Source of the DNA: Tubulanus polymorphus | Taxonomy: Eukaryota > Animalia > Nemertea | Reading direction: 5' to 3' | Length of the DNA: 64,000 nt | Assembly (NCBI RefSeq): GCF_964204645.1 | Contig: NC_134025.1 | Coordinates: forward strand, 25,648,299 to 25,712,298 | Part shown: positions 12,201 through 23,600 of the stretch, one piece after another | Layout: each line of letters begins with the position of its first letter | Numbering within the stretch: position 1 is the first letter of the stretch | Notes under the pieces: generated by a model | The model's input: only the letters and a program-made list of their open reading frames with translations | Told to the model about the DNA's origin: nothing | The model's database searches: none | Program-made: the position numbers and the translations under genes

Positions 12201-13390
12201 TTACGAAGTACACTTTGAAGAGTTCTGCTTGGATAATGTAATCCTGCTATTTTCATCTGTAAGCTTCAACATTTTGTCCATGTTTCAACACATGGCTAAA
12301 TCTATATAGCTGCGTTCACACGACAACTAGTTAGACCGGTCTAAATCGGTCCGCACTGGGCCCACAGGATGTCGCCATGAGTATTTTACCCCAAAATTTA
12401 TGTAAATGATCATAGATTTATGATTCCCTGGCAGTTTTTTATTTGAACAATTTTGACGCAGTGTACCATATATCTGGACACATCAACCTATAATAGATTC
12501 TAGGTATTTTCCAGAACAATTTATAGGGATATCTATTCAACTATCAACATACGCTGAGATTTTAAGATAAATAATAATCCGTTAGCGTACACATTAATTT
12601 TAGGTAGTAAAGAAATTATATGAAATCTTAAAACTATATTAATAGGCTTGATAAGTAATTGCTGACGATACAATTGAATTGATATTGCAGAGTACGATTT
12701 AGACCGGCTCCTAGTACCAGTTTCTCTCCACGGCACACACACAGATTTAGTTCTGTCCTAATTTAGACCCATCTTAATAATGTCGTCTAAACGCGCCTAT
12801 ACAGTATATGTATTCTAAACCTACGTATTTATCATTCTAGGAGGATCAGCATCAGATTGCTTTGATTGAGTTTGTACACAAGGAAACAAGCTACAATTAT
12901 TCACGTTGTATAATTTCCGTTGTTGACGTAAGTTCATTTGCCTAAGCTTGAGCTAATTATGAAAATATCTGGTACTTAAAATATTTCTGGTATTTAAAAC
13001 ATTTCTCTGACTTGAATTTAAGGATAGTCAAAATCTCATACAATGTTTTTATGGTTACAGTATTGGTATTTTTAGGAAGTGGACTTTGGAAAGACCAGCA
13101 ATTCAGAAAATTCAGCATTCCCAAGTATTGTTGTGGTTGGTGATGGGGTATCGTATGCGCAATATTTTCTTTCTATCGGAACAGTGCTTATCGATTGTAC
13201 CACCTACAAAGATCTATCCGGAATCAAGTTAGCATTACTGGCAACACTGGTATTGTACTACATTTTTGACCTGAACTATCCGAGACCTTTCAAGGAGTCC
13301 CTATCATTCTTTCAGGCAGTTCTATTTCAAGAAAATTGTCGTAAAGGCAATAGAACGGCCAAATTATTCAGCCATTTTACATGTAGTTAA
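8897..13390 (+). CDS. Transposon second gene (TnpA-analogous, SAMD3-like) with N-terminal CIDE-N-like domain; 15 coding exons, about 633 aa
   Basis: Hand-spliced exons, all GT-AG and phase-compatible with no stops: 8897-8999, 9099-9251, 9347-9450, 9573-9794 (alternative in-frame acceptor 9546), 10569-10680, 10769-10858, 10943-11029, 11114-11200, 11285-11371, 11456-11542, 11637-11720, 11797-11960, 12044-12163, 12841-12927, 13076-13390; total 1902 nt. Motifs resembling SAMD3-like proteins: ACQELIKRYPNL, WVAFKKSLSMKVRHIR, LMKATLAQRRQEI, IFEEF, LYYIFDLNYP...FFQAVLF. Confidence 0.85.
9982..10520 (+). mobile_element. Helentron/DINE-1-like non-autonomous repeat fragment in ORF2 intron 4
   Basis: Starts TTTTTAGCCCAC followed by hairpin TGGCCGAAGGCCA; has cttgtgaacgctctacag, repeated palindromes ccaagatggc...gccatcttgg and a duplicated tctatcatatgaccaaac. 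Boundaries approximate; family call is from resemblance only. Confidence 0.5.
10681..11720 (+). repeat. Tandem exon-intron array, 171-bp core unit (87-bp exon + 84-bp intron), six exon copies
   Basis: Exon starts at 10769, 10943, 11114, 11285, 11456 and 11637; each encodes about (A/G)xxGLSRESPSPVGFLNExWSSCEAVKAS and keeps its AG/GT sites. Confidence 0.93.
12309..12797. mobile_element. Degenerate TIR element (MITE) in ORF2 intron 13
   Basis: Ends GCTGCGTTCACACGACA and revcomp GGCGCGTTTAGACGACA (13/17 identical); TATA on both sides; subterminal ttagaccgg motifs near both ends. Confidence 0.6.
13076..13390 (+). CDS. ORF2 terminal exon, SAMD3-like C-terminal domain
   Basis: Acceptor tttttag at 13075; PSIVVVG...LLATLVLYYIFDLNYPRPFKESLSFFQAVLF; TAA at 13388-13390. 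Confidence 0.8.
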   Translation, partial: EVDFGKTSNSENSAFPSIVVVGDGVSYAQYFLSIGTVLIDCTTYKDLSGIKLALLATLVLYYIFDLNYPRPFKESLSFFQAVLFQENCRKGNRTAKLFSHFTCS

Positions 13391-13443
13391 ATAATACATG
13401 TAGTTGAATTCCTGGAAAATCCAGCCTTGGTAAACTAATGAGT

Positions 13444-13685
13444 AGTTTGAGTAAAAATACAATATTAGAATTGAAATCTGACAGTGAGATTTAAAAGATC
13501 AGTTTGGTGGAGCAGATTTTGTGGCCTTTTAAAGTGAGAAGGGTCAGTGTGATTCTACGAGGCATTCATTAATTCATTCATCCTGACCCTACTCACTTTA
13601 AAAGGCCACAACATTTGCTCCACTTAGGCGATCTTTAATTTCAGGGTCAAATTTCATCTTCAATAATAATTTTTCACTAAAACTG
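13444..13685. repeat. Long imperfect inverted repeat (arms about 100 bp, loop about 35 bp) downstream of the ORF2 stop
   Basis: gtggagcagattttgtggccttttaaagtgagaagggtcag pairs with ctgaccctactcactttaaaaggccacaacatttgctccac; weaker pairing extends outward. Confidence 0.85.
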
Positions 13686-13727
13686 TATGCTATAAAACTA
13701 CATTTCTGTATAGGCGGTAACTGTTAG

Positions 13728-13844
13728 GAATTTCATTTCAGGGGATATGTAAGGGATTTTCTAAGTGATTTTTCTCAAAGATATGAATCAATGATTGAAA
13801 AGTTAGCCACTTTGGCTTGGATGAGTGAAGATATTATCATTTAG
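13728..13844 (+). other. Diverged duplicate of ORF2 exon 13 (pseudo-exon or alternative terminal exon)
   Basis: Encodes EFHFRGYVRDFLSDFSQRYESMIEKLATLAWMSEDIII* versus exon 13 EFHLMGYARDFLHNFSQRYESMLEKLATLAMMNGDIS; preceded by ctgttag; AATAAA at 13875. Confidence 0.8.
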
Positions 13845-13970
13845 ATGAACTAGAAAATGCGCATTCAGAAAAGAAATAAACCTGGAAAATCGGCAGAATT
13901 TTGAATTTGCTTGAACTATATATGCTCTTCTTTGATTGTGTTTTTATTTCACGCTTAAGGCTGAACTGTT

Positions 13971-14348
13971 CAGATATATTATATTATGTTTTTTAGTGAT
14001 GCAGACTGAGATGGTCAGATATATATTTTACCATGTGAATGACATGTACTAATGCAGCTATTAAAAGGCAGCATTCTCTTAAAAAGAGCGTGTATGTATT
14101 TGATTTACGCTTATTGTGGCCAAATACATTGGTTAAGGATTTTGATTCAATGGAGTTTGTGCACAAAGAAACCAGATACATTTTATTATGTTTTTTAGTG
14201 ATGCTGACTGAGATAGTCAGATATATATTTTACCATGTGAATGACATGTGCTAATGCAGCTATTAAAAGGCAGCATTCTCTTAAAAAGAGCGTGTATGTA
14301 TTTGATTTACGCTTATTGTGGCCAAATACATTGGTTAAGAATTTTGAT
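13971..14348. repeat. Direct tandem duplication, 202-bp period, about 1.9 copies
   Basis: Near-identical copies starting cagata at 13971 and 14173; explains the twin ORFs at 14039 and 14241. Confidence 0.92.
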
Positions 14349-14450
14349 ACTTCCTTTTTGACAATTTTAATTCAAAATAATAAAATTTTGGATTTCAAGA
14401 TTAATCTCATCTTTTTGGTTTTTCTGCCGGGAATGTGTTGAGTTTTGCAA

Positions 14451-14642
14451 TGTTCCCTCAGGTGTTCCGGAGTTCTACAAGTGTGTTCCCAAAAGGTGTT
14501 CTTGCAGTGTTCCCACTGGTGTTCCAGAGTTCTAAGAGTATGTTCCCAAAAGGAGTTCTCGTAATGTTCCCACAAGTGTTCCATGATTTAAGTGTTCCAA
14601 AACTCTACTCAACTGAAAATGTTCTAAGTAGTGTTCAAGATA
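14451..14642. repeat. Right subterminal repeat region: about 15 co-oriented GTTC(C/T) motifs, partly in a 57-bp tandem unit
   Basis: Units start at 14451, 14508 and 14565 (tgttccc...ggtgttcc.gagttcta....tgttcccaaaagg.gttct). Confidence 0.85.
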
Positions 14643-14662
14643 CGTTCTTAGTTTTTACAGTG
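14643..14662 (-). repeat. Right terminal inverted repeat
   Basis: CGTTCTTAGTTTTTACAGTG is the exact reverse complement of the left TIR and is followed by TA. Confidence 0.95.
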
Positions 14663-17600
14663 TACTCGTACAACGAGTTGAGTAAATACGAGGAAAAAAT
14701 GTATCCCGACGCGAAACACGCCCGGTGTGTACTCGTTCGGCGCGATTATCATCATCAACAAGTACTTCAATGATATATCATCATGTGACAAATCGCTATT
14801 ACGTTTCATTTACAACCGATCCCTTGGTCGTTAGATTTGTAACGCGTTCGTCTTCCGGCGACAGAGTGTGTAAGAACTTACATCCAGACATCGATCGCCA
14901 ATTGACTTTTCAGCAGTTGGCAACCACGTCACATTTCACTCCCGGATGTGGATGGTCGCAAGGATGCGTCGCTGCCAATTATAACCGATAAATCAAGTTA
15001 CGGAAATCAAATGGCGGCTAGATTTTCGGGTTTATCGTTTGAAGCCATCAGAACGTGTTAAATGCTAATGCGAGCGGTAAAACCGTTTTAAAGAGGAGCG
15101 ATAAAGAGGATGGCCCATTTTTTCTATCGGTTTAAAGTAAACCTCATCAATAATTCAGTATTCTGCGAATAAACAGGATACGTGTCATATTCCATAGACA
15201 CCTTGTGATTTAGTAGTTTATGACAAGCTTTCATTGGAAATGTATAAGATCTACTGACTAATTACCAACAGCACTTCTTCTGTTGAAAGATTCTCTCTTC
15301 AGTACATTAAAAACTTCAACGTTCCTTATCAATATTTTCATTACTCTTGACTAGTTGAAAATAAACCATGAATTTCACACTCTTTGTGCGGCTGAAGTCT
15401 TTGGAAAAATTGACTTACAATATCTTAGAACTGACAGATTTTCTGTCGTTCAAACAAACACAATGCCTCTCGTCTCCCAATTCGCCCGATAAGGTCGACA
15501 CTCGCTATTCAGAGAGAAAAATGTACAAATACACAGATGAAGATGCTTTTTTCTTACAGCAAACAAAACAACCACTCGCGGTAAGAAAAAATATATCTGT
15601 GATGCATAAATAACAACTCAAAGATCCAGTAAAACTAGATTCCAACGAGTCGGCAAACACTGTTGTTGCCAATAAGTTGGCCGCCATGTTTAATTACTGG
15701 TAGGAAAAATCCGTGTGGTGAATTTCATCAATAGAGGAAAGGATGAAAAGCTACAAGACGTGACTGATTGAATGGAAAGGTCTTGGGGGACTTAGTAATC
15801 ATAGAACTGATCAATTACACTTTTCCTGCAAGAACACAACCTTGAACTTGCAGTACATATTAGAGACCTATAAAAGTAGCACCTCTTCTAACGCCATCAA
15901 AGGAGCAATATTCCCGTCCATAACATTGCAAAGAACTCCTTGAGAATACCCGGTGGTCTGATTAGTAAGTCCCGAGTCCCATTAACAGCTCAGGTCTGGT
16001 TTCACTATTTTCTCAGCTACCCGACGCGATGGTTGATTTTAATGTTACGTTTGGGCAAGCCCTGCTTAAATATTCAATTACGAAGGAATCTATATCGGCC
16101 AAGTATGTTTGTAAATTACATGAATAAGTTATAACTTACACATCAAAAAGTCAGGTATTATACCACCGAAGCAGTAATCAATATGGACTTGCGGAATGGT
16201 GACAAAACATTCAAATGTGTTGCAGCATGCTCTATAAGCAGCTTTCGAATCCTTATACATCTAACCATGATGCATATTTCATGTTGCTCACAATCAATTA
16301 CCACCAAGTTAACTCACAAAGGGGAGTTCAGGTTTAATTACACACGTAACTCACAGACGAATGGTTCAGGTGTGGCTACATAACAACCGAATTGCTGTCA
16401 ACTTAACTTTATGATTGGCTTTTTCGAATCATCAGCCATTCAATTTCAATTTTCAATAGCCATAGCACTGTACTGCAGTACTACAGTACTACAGTACTAA
16501 TACAGACGGCTTATCATAACATTATACATTCTTGTTTGCAGAAATATCATGAACGATAAAATCCCAAGCACATAGTATTTGCGTAGATGTCCTCTTCTAT
16601 TTTGCGCACAATGGACAGCAGTTATCGCGATAAACCCAAATAAAAAGCCATCACTGGAATTTATTTCACTTTCAATCATTCATCACAATCAAACAAGTGA
16701 CAATACACAGACAAAGCCTGAAGCCTATTCTAAAACAAACTACGATATTCATTGCAGATCGGTGCCAGAATATAGACAAGTTACGTTTCTAATAGAAACG
16801 GCATGCATACCACGTTCTCATCATCACCGGTTTTTGACAGTGTTGAATTTAACGTTGTTTTCCTAAACCTGCAATCTCATGTTTACTGAGTATATAATAT
16901 AAATACATACAAATATGGCTGTCGACTGCGCTGGATACATTATACAGAATCCAACCGCTTTATATCAAAATTGTCAGTCAACACACGTCCCTTAATTAAA
17001 TACTTATTCGATTAGAAGACAACGTAGATATATGACAGATATTATGGTTAATCACAATACTTTTAATGCAAACTACTAATGCATAAATGTTTGCATAGTT
17101 TATACATCAGCACTTGATAGTTTTATGCTCAGGATTATATTTGCTCACCAATTTCATTTGAAAGTACAGATAAATATCGCATCAAGTATATTCAAGTGGA
17201 AATACACATTGCATGTTCTGCTAACCAGACAACCAGACATACATAAGCCAACAACGAATATAAATAAATCCATCATTATCGTCATATCATTTTGCATTGG
17301 AAAATCAATTCCTTTCACTTTTCATAACTAATACAAATACTAACCCGAGGGTGAAGTATTTATTACTAAGAAGGAAACTTTAAAAAAGACATGTTATTCC
17401 AGTAACATTACTGCTTACAGAAGGATCGCTTCAGTTGTAACTAAGCATAGTTGTAAAGTCATTATCCATGAGCTACTTAAGTATCTTATTTTTCCAAATA
17501 TGTAACTTTTATGAGTTGGTAGTTTGATGATGTTATAAAGGGGTTCACGAGGCAGCCATCTTTTTCTAGATCTACGGTTTTCTTGAAGCACCTTTAGTCT

Positions 17601-20600
17601 AGCAGGTGTCACATTCAAGAAGGTCTGAGACAGCTTCAGTGATCATTAGCTAAGTCCTTCACTTCTGGGAGTGCATCTCGAATATTTCATTCCCACCAGA
17701 CTGGATTGATTACGCAACGTATAACAAGTTCTCTAAAAACTAGAACAATTCTTAAACCTAACCTACCGCGCAATAAAAGATAGATTCATATTTCAAAACT
17801 GCATGAACTAATAACTAGCTAAAAACTACACAAAACGATGTAAAATCATTGAACCGAATATTTGAAACTAGGAGTGCGCTAATTGCTTGTATAAAGGTTG
17901 CATTTATTGAAATTCCATCAAAGTGTGACATATATAATTCATACGAGCTCAATTTCAACAAAGAGCTTAAAAACAAATTTGAGTTATTTCTTCGTGTTGA
18001 ATATACCACGAGGAAACGTATATTTCGTTAAAAAACCGCCTACACTAACAACAAAAATACATATCCGAGAATAAACGAGTTCATAAAATGTTGTGATGTT
18101 GGACTTCAGCGATCTAACACACTATATTCCTATTAATTAAATTAGCTTTTGACATTAAGAGTACAAGTGAATGATTTGCCATAGAGAAACAGGTGATGTA
18201 AGAATACGTCGTATGTTCATTTATTGTGAATTTCCAATCGAATCAATTATTTTTAAGCTTCAAAGCATTTCTACAACATACAGAGAGCTTTCTTACGCGT
18301 TAATTAAAACGTTGTTGCCAATAACAGTTTCCCGGAATGTAATGGAATATAATTGCTATAACTATCAATTCCTTTTTTAATTTTGCCGCTGATAATTCAT
18401 CAGTCACTTTCGTCATGTACTCAACGCTATCCTTGCCAAATTTTGTTCCGAAATCATACGTAATTAGCTAACAAACTCTTTCTCATGAAGAACAGTTTGC
18501 TCAATATTTGTCATTTTTCTTCACTTTATCGTGAATGATTTTCTAGAAAATCCTTTTATCTATGTATTTTTTGTTACTCTTCATTGACATTTTTCGCGAA
18601 GTTATTACAAAAACATGCGTTTCAAATCGACTTCTTGAATGTTTCAATGAACAACTATCTTGTAAAGTAGGTTTAAATTGAAAAAAGTAAATATTTACCA
18701 GGATCGTAATGTGGATCTAAAGTGTTCATCCAACCGTGTACTCCTGTAATTAGGTAGCTAATTATGCTAACCTCTAAAATCCACTGGCAATTCATCTTCA
18801 TCGCGAAGAAATAATGTTTAATTCGACAAATTTACAAATTGACGCGTAAAGTTCTTATCCATAATACACATACGTATATGTATACATAATTCTGAATGAA
18901 ACGTTTTAGGAGAAAGACAACAACTAGTAGCCGTAATATCTATCTCAATACAGACAGGAAACTGTCTTATCCATCAATCAAAATATTTGTCTTGTAAATT
19001 GTTAATAATCTCATAAACGCAGCGCAAATTTCCGGAGAAAATCTGATACTATTTTCCTAATAGGCTTTAATATAGATTCCCATAGCTTCCATAATAAATC
19101 CACGCCGAAAATATCTGGAACTCGTTGGAGGACGAGGCACACTGCGCGTCTCCTAGTAGTTGCTGCCAACCAGTCACGCTGCTGCAACTGAACTACTCCA
19201 CAGCGCAGTGACAAGAGGGAATCACACAGGCTAGACTAATGAGATACGTGTTTCACTAGAAAATAGTTTGCATGTAAATGTCCGCTAATTTTGTAATTGA
19301 CAGTTAAACATATGATACAGCTTCTAGCACAGGACACTTATCCAATTGTCAAACAAACTTCATTACAGCAAGAAAAACATCGTCCATAATGAGATCAACA
19401 AATTGCAAGTGATATAAACTATTCCTGAAATATCTCCATAGTTGTGTGCAAAAATCTGATCCACACAATTCAAAAACGTTTCGACTCTATATATTGAATA
19501 AATTTCAAACGCGAAACTGGAAGTTAGTCCTTAGAACCTCACATCTCAGTATGGATCCATTGCAAAAGCATACATTTTCAACCAATTGTATACATAATAA
19601 CAATTTGGTCTGGTTTGCGGAACGTGACTGAGAATTCCTCTTTATAAAGCGAGAGTCTATAACTTGTTACTGGTCAAATAGAAGTTCGAACTGGAATAAC
19701 AATGTTGAATGTTACCATGTATAACATTTTCTAGGATTCTTTCGTCATTTTTAATTGTATACTTGATAAGAAAAAACCGTTCGCCATTCGCTACTGTAGT
19801 GGCAATGTTCACTGTTTGTCGATTGGTTAACATATGGTCTTTAGTGAAAAATTGAAGTACCAAATGGCAGGTTTCTAAAAGTCTCGCTGAAACCTCGTCC
19901 TATTTCTCTCATCAACATCGCAGTAATGGGTTTTTATTTCACACGAATTGCTTCTCGTTCCGCAGCGATCAGTATCATGGCAGCGTTACTTCAGGAAACC
20001 AGCATTGAAATTAAATAAGATATATTGCAATCATTTCAGGCGAAATATCACCTTTGCGCAGTTCCCGACAATGCAAATGACCCGCAATCCGTAGAGACCA
20101 CGATATTAAATTTTAAGGGCAAGCCCATTGAGCTCGCGGTTGACACGGGTCTACGTCGGTTCATGTATGTAGCTGGAAATCCAATAACTCCTGCGTATTC
20201 CATTTGCCACAGATTAAGCACGCGTTGGATGAAATCATTTATTTATTGATTTCACCTGAATAATGATACTTAAAAGAGACCGTAACTGCTACGGTAGGTC
20301 TAACTAACAGCATCGACAACGCAACACGGATGAATTGAATAGCTATGAAAATTATCATATCCTCATTATTTTCAGATACTGATATGTGATACTGAAACTC
20401 ATATCCTCTAATCCCATGGCAGCACGAAATGTCAACGGCTGACAAGGAAATATTCATCTCCAGTAAAAAACGCCACTTAATCCACAAGTAACTGCCACAC
20501 TGATATAATCATTTTGGTTTATAGAATTTCAATGTAGAATGACTGAAATAAGTCCTTGCAACGTTCAGCAAATTTATGCGCTCAGTTCTTGAAATGTTTG

Positions 20601-23600
20601 AATATCTTGGAAAATTGATTACAGGAGTAAGCGTGTGGCAAAAACCGGCCACAGTATTTTCTATATCGATTTCATTTCGCAATATTGCAAATTTTAAAAA
20701 TGAATTGTACATAACTGAAAACTAGAGATTCACGCGGTTGGTATGCTGCCAAAGTTGTCAAAATCCATCTATAGACTGGTGAAATGTGATAAAACACACA
20801 TGACAAATAGATTTGAGAAAAGAGAAGAAATTATCCAACAATGCAGGACAACAAAATACCTAAACAAAATGGCGGCTAGCAACTGTAAAATGGTTTATTG
20901 AAAGTCGTTCTAAACGCCATGCACCCGCCTGAGGATTTTCTTAAAAGGCTTCAAGGCTTGTTATTAATTTTACATTAAAAACGCAGATTAATATTGAAGA
21001 GATTAATAGCGAAGCTGATCATGAATTAAAAAGTGACTGGAATTGATGGCAGAAGACTGAGGAGGCGGAAGCTACAGACGTCACACTGCAGATAGGTGTA
21101 GTGTATCAGACTCGTATGAATCTGATTGTCATAAATATCAGAGCAGATGTGAAATAGAAATAAAACTCCATCTGTTTGAGAGGAAAAGTGGTTGCATTAA
21201 AGTTATCGGACTATTTGTTCTAGGTCTCGTATTTCTGATACCAGGCTGAAATTGGCTATATGGTATTTGCTCATTACTGTCGGATATACCGAACTAAGAC
21301 ATCGGAAATTCAGTAGAGCCAGTAATGAGGAGTATATTGAGAAGCCACTCCACTCTTGGTAGAGTAGCGAAATGTGGTGGTGATCTTTCAAAGTCAGCCA
21401 ACCATGACTTGAATCATGAACTTTCAAGACAGATAGCTCTGCCACGGAGAATATTACGAAAAAAAGCCTCTATACGTTCTTTGTAACGAGAAAAGGGAAA
21501 TGCTCGTCAGAGATCAAGAATGATTTTATTGAGTCATGCGAAAGGGCAGGGGGTAGAATTGATGATTTAACACTTGAGCCGACTGCGGGGAACGAACTGT
21601 AATTGTTTTTTCAACGAGATGTGTCAAAGAAAGATCTTTGATTTAAGTCGAGGAGGAAATATTTGAAATCAGTCTCGGCTTTGATGAAGTTTCAAGTTCG
21701 ACATAGGGAAAGACGAGCAGCATTTTCTCTATTCAGCTTCTGGAAGCTTTTATCAAAACTGATCGTGGCTATCAGAATATTCCCAACACAAGTAGGATTT
21801 CACTCGGATGGACATCCTCCTTCATCACTACTGAAGTAGACATTCACTTCATCATGACAAGAGTAAAGCACACACTTAAATCGTGACTCTTTTTATGTTC
21901 ATTATCATTGGCCGTCGCTTGTAGGTATCAATCAAGCTTAAAAAAGTGTCTACCAACCATTCAAAATAATAATTGACGAAACTGGCAGCAATACCATCAA
22001 TCTCAATAGCCAATCATATATGGTCACTCGTCTACTGATGGATTTGAAATGGTTACTGCGTCTTCATGATCCATATCATACAGTACATATGTAGATATAA
22101 TGTGTTGTTGAGAGTTCGGTGTTGTTGCCTCTGAGGAATTGATCAGTCTCCAGTCGGTTGTATGCAATGAGCCGATTGCAGAATATGCTAATAACATTAG
22201 CGCGCCGAAGTTAGTACGAAACAGGTAAAGCTCTTATGCTGTGAAATGTGCTTTAATATGATTAAGAAGCTCGCTAATTCTATTACCTATATATGCGCTG
22301 TGATAAAAAGACAGAAATTTGTTTCGACGACAAGTCGACTTAAAACGTGATTCCAACTGAATGATTCTCTTGAAAAGCGATGCATAGTGAATGAGAACGA
22401 AAAAGTCGGAGACATTCTACGAATTTATAAAACTGCAATGTTTGGATCCCGAACGCTCGCAAAGTCTCTCCATTTCACCTACTCTTGAAGAAAGCCCGAG
22501 AGTCTTAATAGACAATTTATTGATAATCTGTTGGACAGTATGTAATGTCCTTCCAATTCAATCGATTCGGGTGAAGCTTCAGTCGTTGATAAGGATGCAT
22601 ACATAACTGCAACAGATCCATGTACACGACAAGATCTATATAGACACTCTCACTGAGTTATATATCAAGTTAACTGATTCACCACCAAACTAATCGTATT
22701 ACAATTTCTCGATAACATAAGTAACTGGTCAGAGCAACATGGATTAGCGCGGATATCATTCATTACAAGGACATCTTTTTATCCCACGGCACAAACAACT
22801 GTTTGATTTGATTTATTTTCATCGACTACGGGAAAATGATAATGAATCGATTTGTTTGAACTATTGCCAGGGGTATTTCAACGAAATGACGAACTGGATT
22901 CTTATTTTTCGTCAATAACGTCATTGCATGAACGAATTAAAGTTGAATATCTCAAATCATTGAACCTCAACCCCCGGGACATCGCAAATACAGCTAATTC
23001 AGTGCACGCGCCTAAGACTCGGGTTTTGATGCGAACTTTCTGATTGCTGCTGTCAACAGCGAAGTTAGTATATACAAGTTGCGTCATCACCCACGTGTAC
23101 ATTGGCGACGGTTACAAAAATCGTTGCAAGTGAAAAATTATTTACAAACGACTCTTGAGGAAACTCAAGTATCAATGAGCATTGATTTATTGGCTCAGCA
23201 ATTAAACTTGCCAAAGTAGCTGCAGTTGTTGCTAGGAAGCGCGATCAGAAGCGCAGCTGGAATAGATGATATTCACTTGTTAGCAAAACAAATGAAAAAG
23301 GAATTCATTATACGCGTCATAGTTCATATTTATGCGCTTCGAAATTATTTGAGTATGGCTTTAAATTCCATTCTTTAAATGAACACCGCGGTTCGTTTAG
23401 TACGATTATAACTATACTCCTGCTAACATCTTCCATTAGGGAAGCGGCGAATCAATAGACTCCCTCCTAATGGATGATGCCGTCGTGTTCTAAAAATTTT
23501 ATCGAGCGAACGAATATTTTGCGGCTGTTTATTTCACTGCGAATATGTCATGTGCGTATAAAAGTGAAGCCATTTTCGTAGTAGTTCATCATCGTTTGAT

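Larger units (their letters stand above)
4922..14662 (+). mobile_element. Full-length, putatively autonomous CACTA/EnSpm (CMC superfamily) DNA transposon, 9,741 bp
   Basis: Perfect 20-bp TIRs CACTGTAAAAACTAAGAACG (4922-4941 and reverse complement 14643-14662); TA on both sides (4920-4921, 14663-14664); subterminal GAAC/GTTC arrays; intact transposase plus a second spliced gene. CACTG termini with a 2-bp TSD match animal EnSpm elements. Confidence 0.95.

Noticed and set aside
14039-14773. Short ORFs including the WEH-repeat peptide
   Set aside because: They are translations of the 202-bp duplication and the subterminal repeats; one runs across the TIR.
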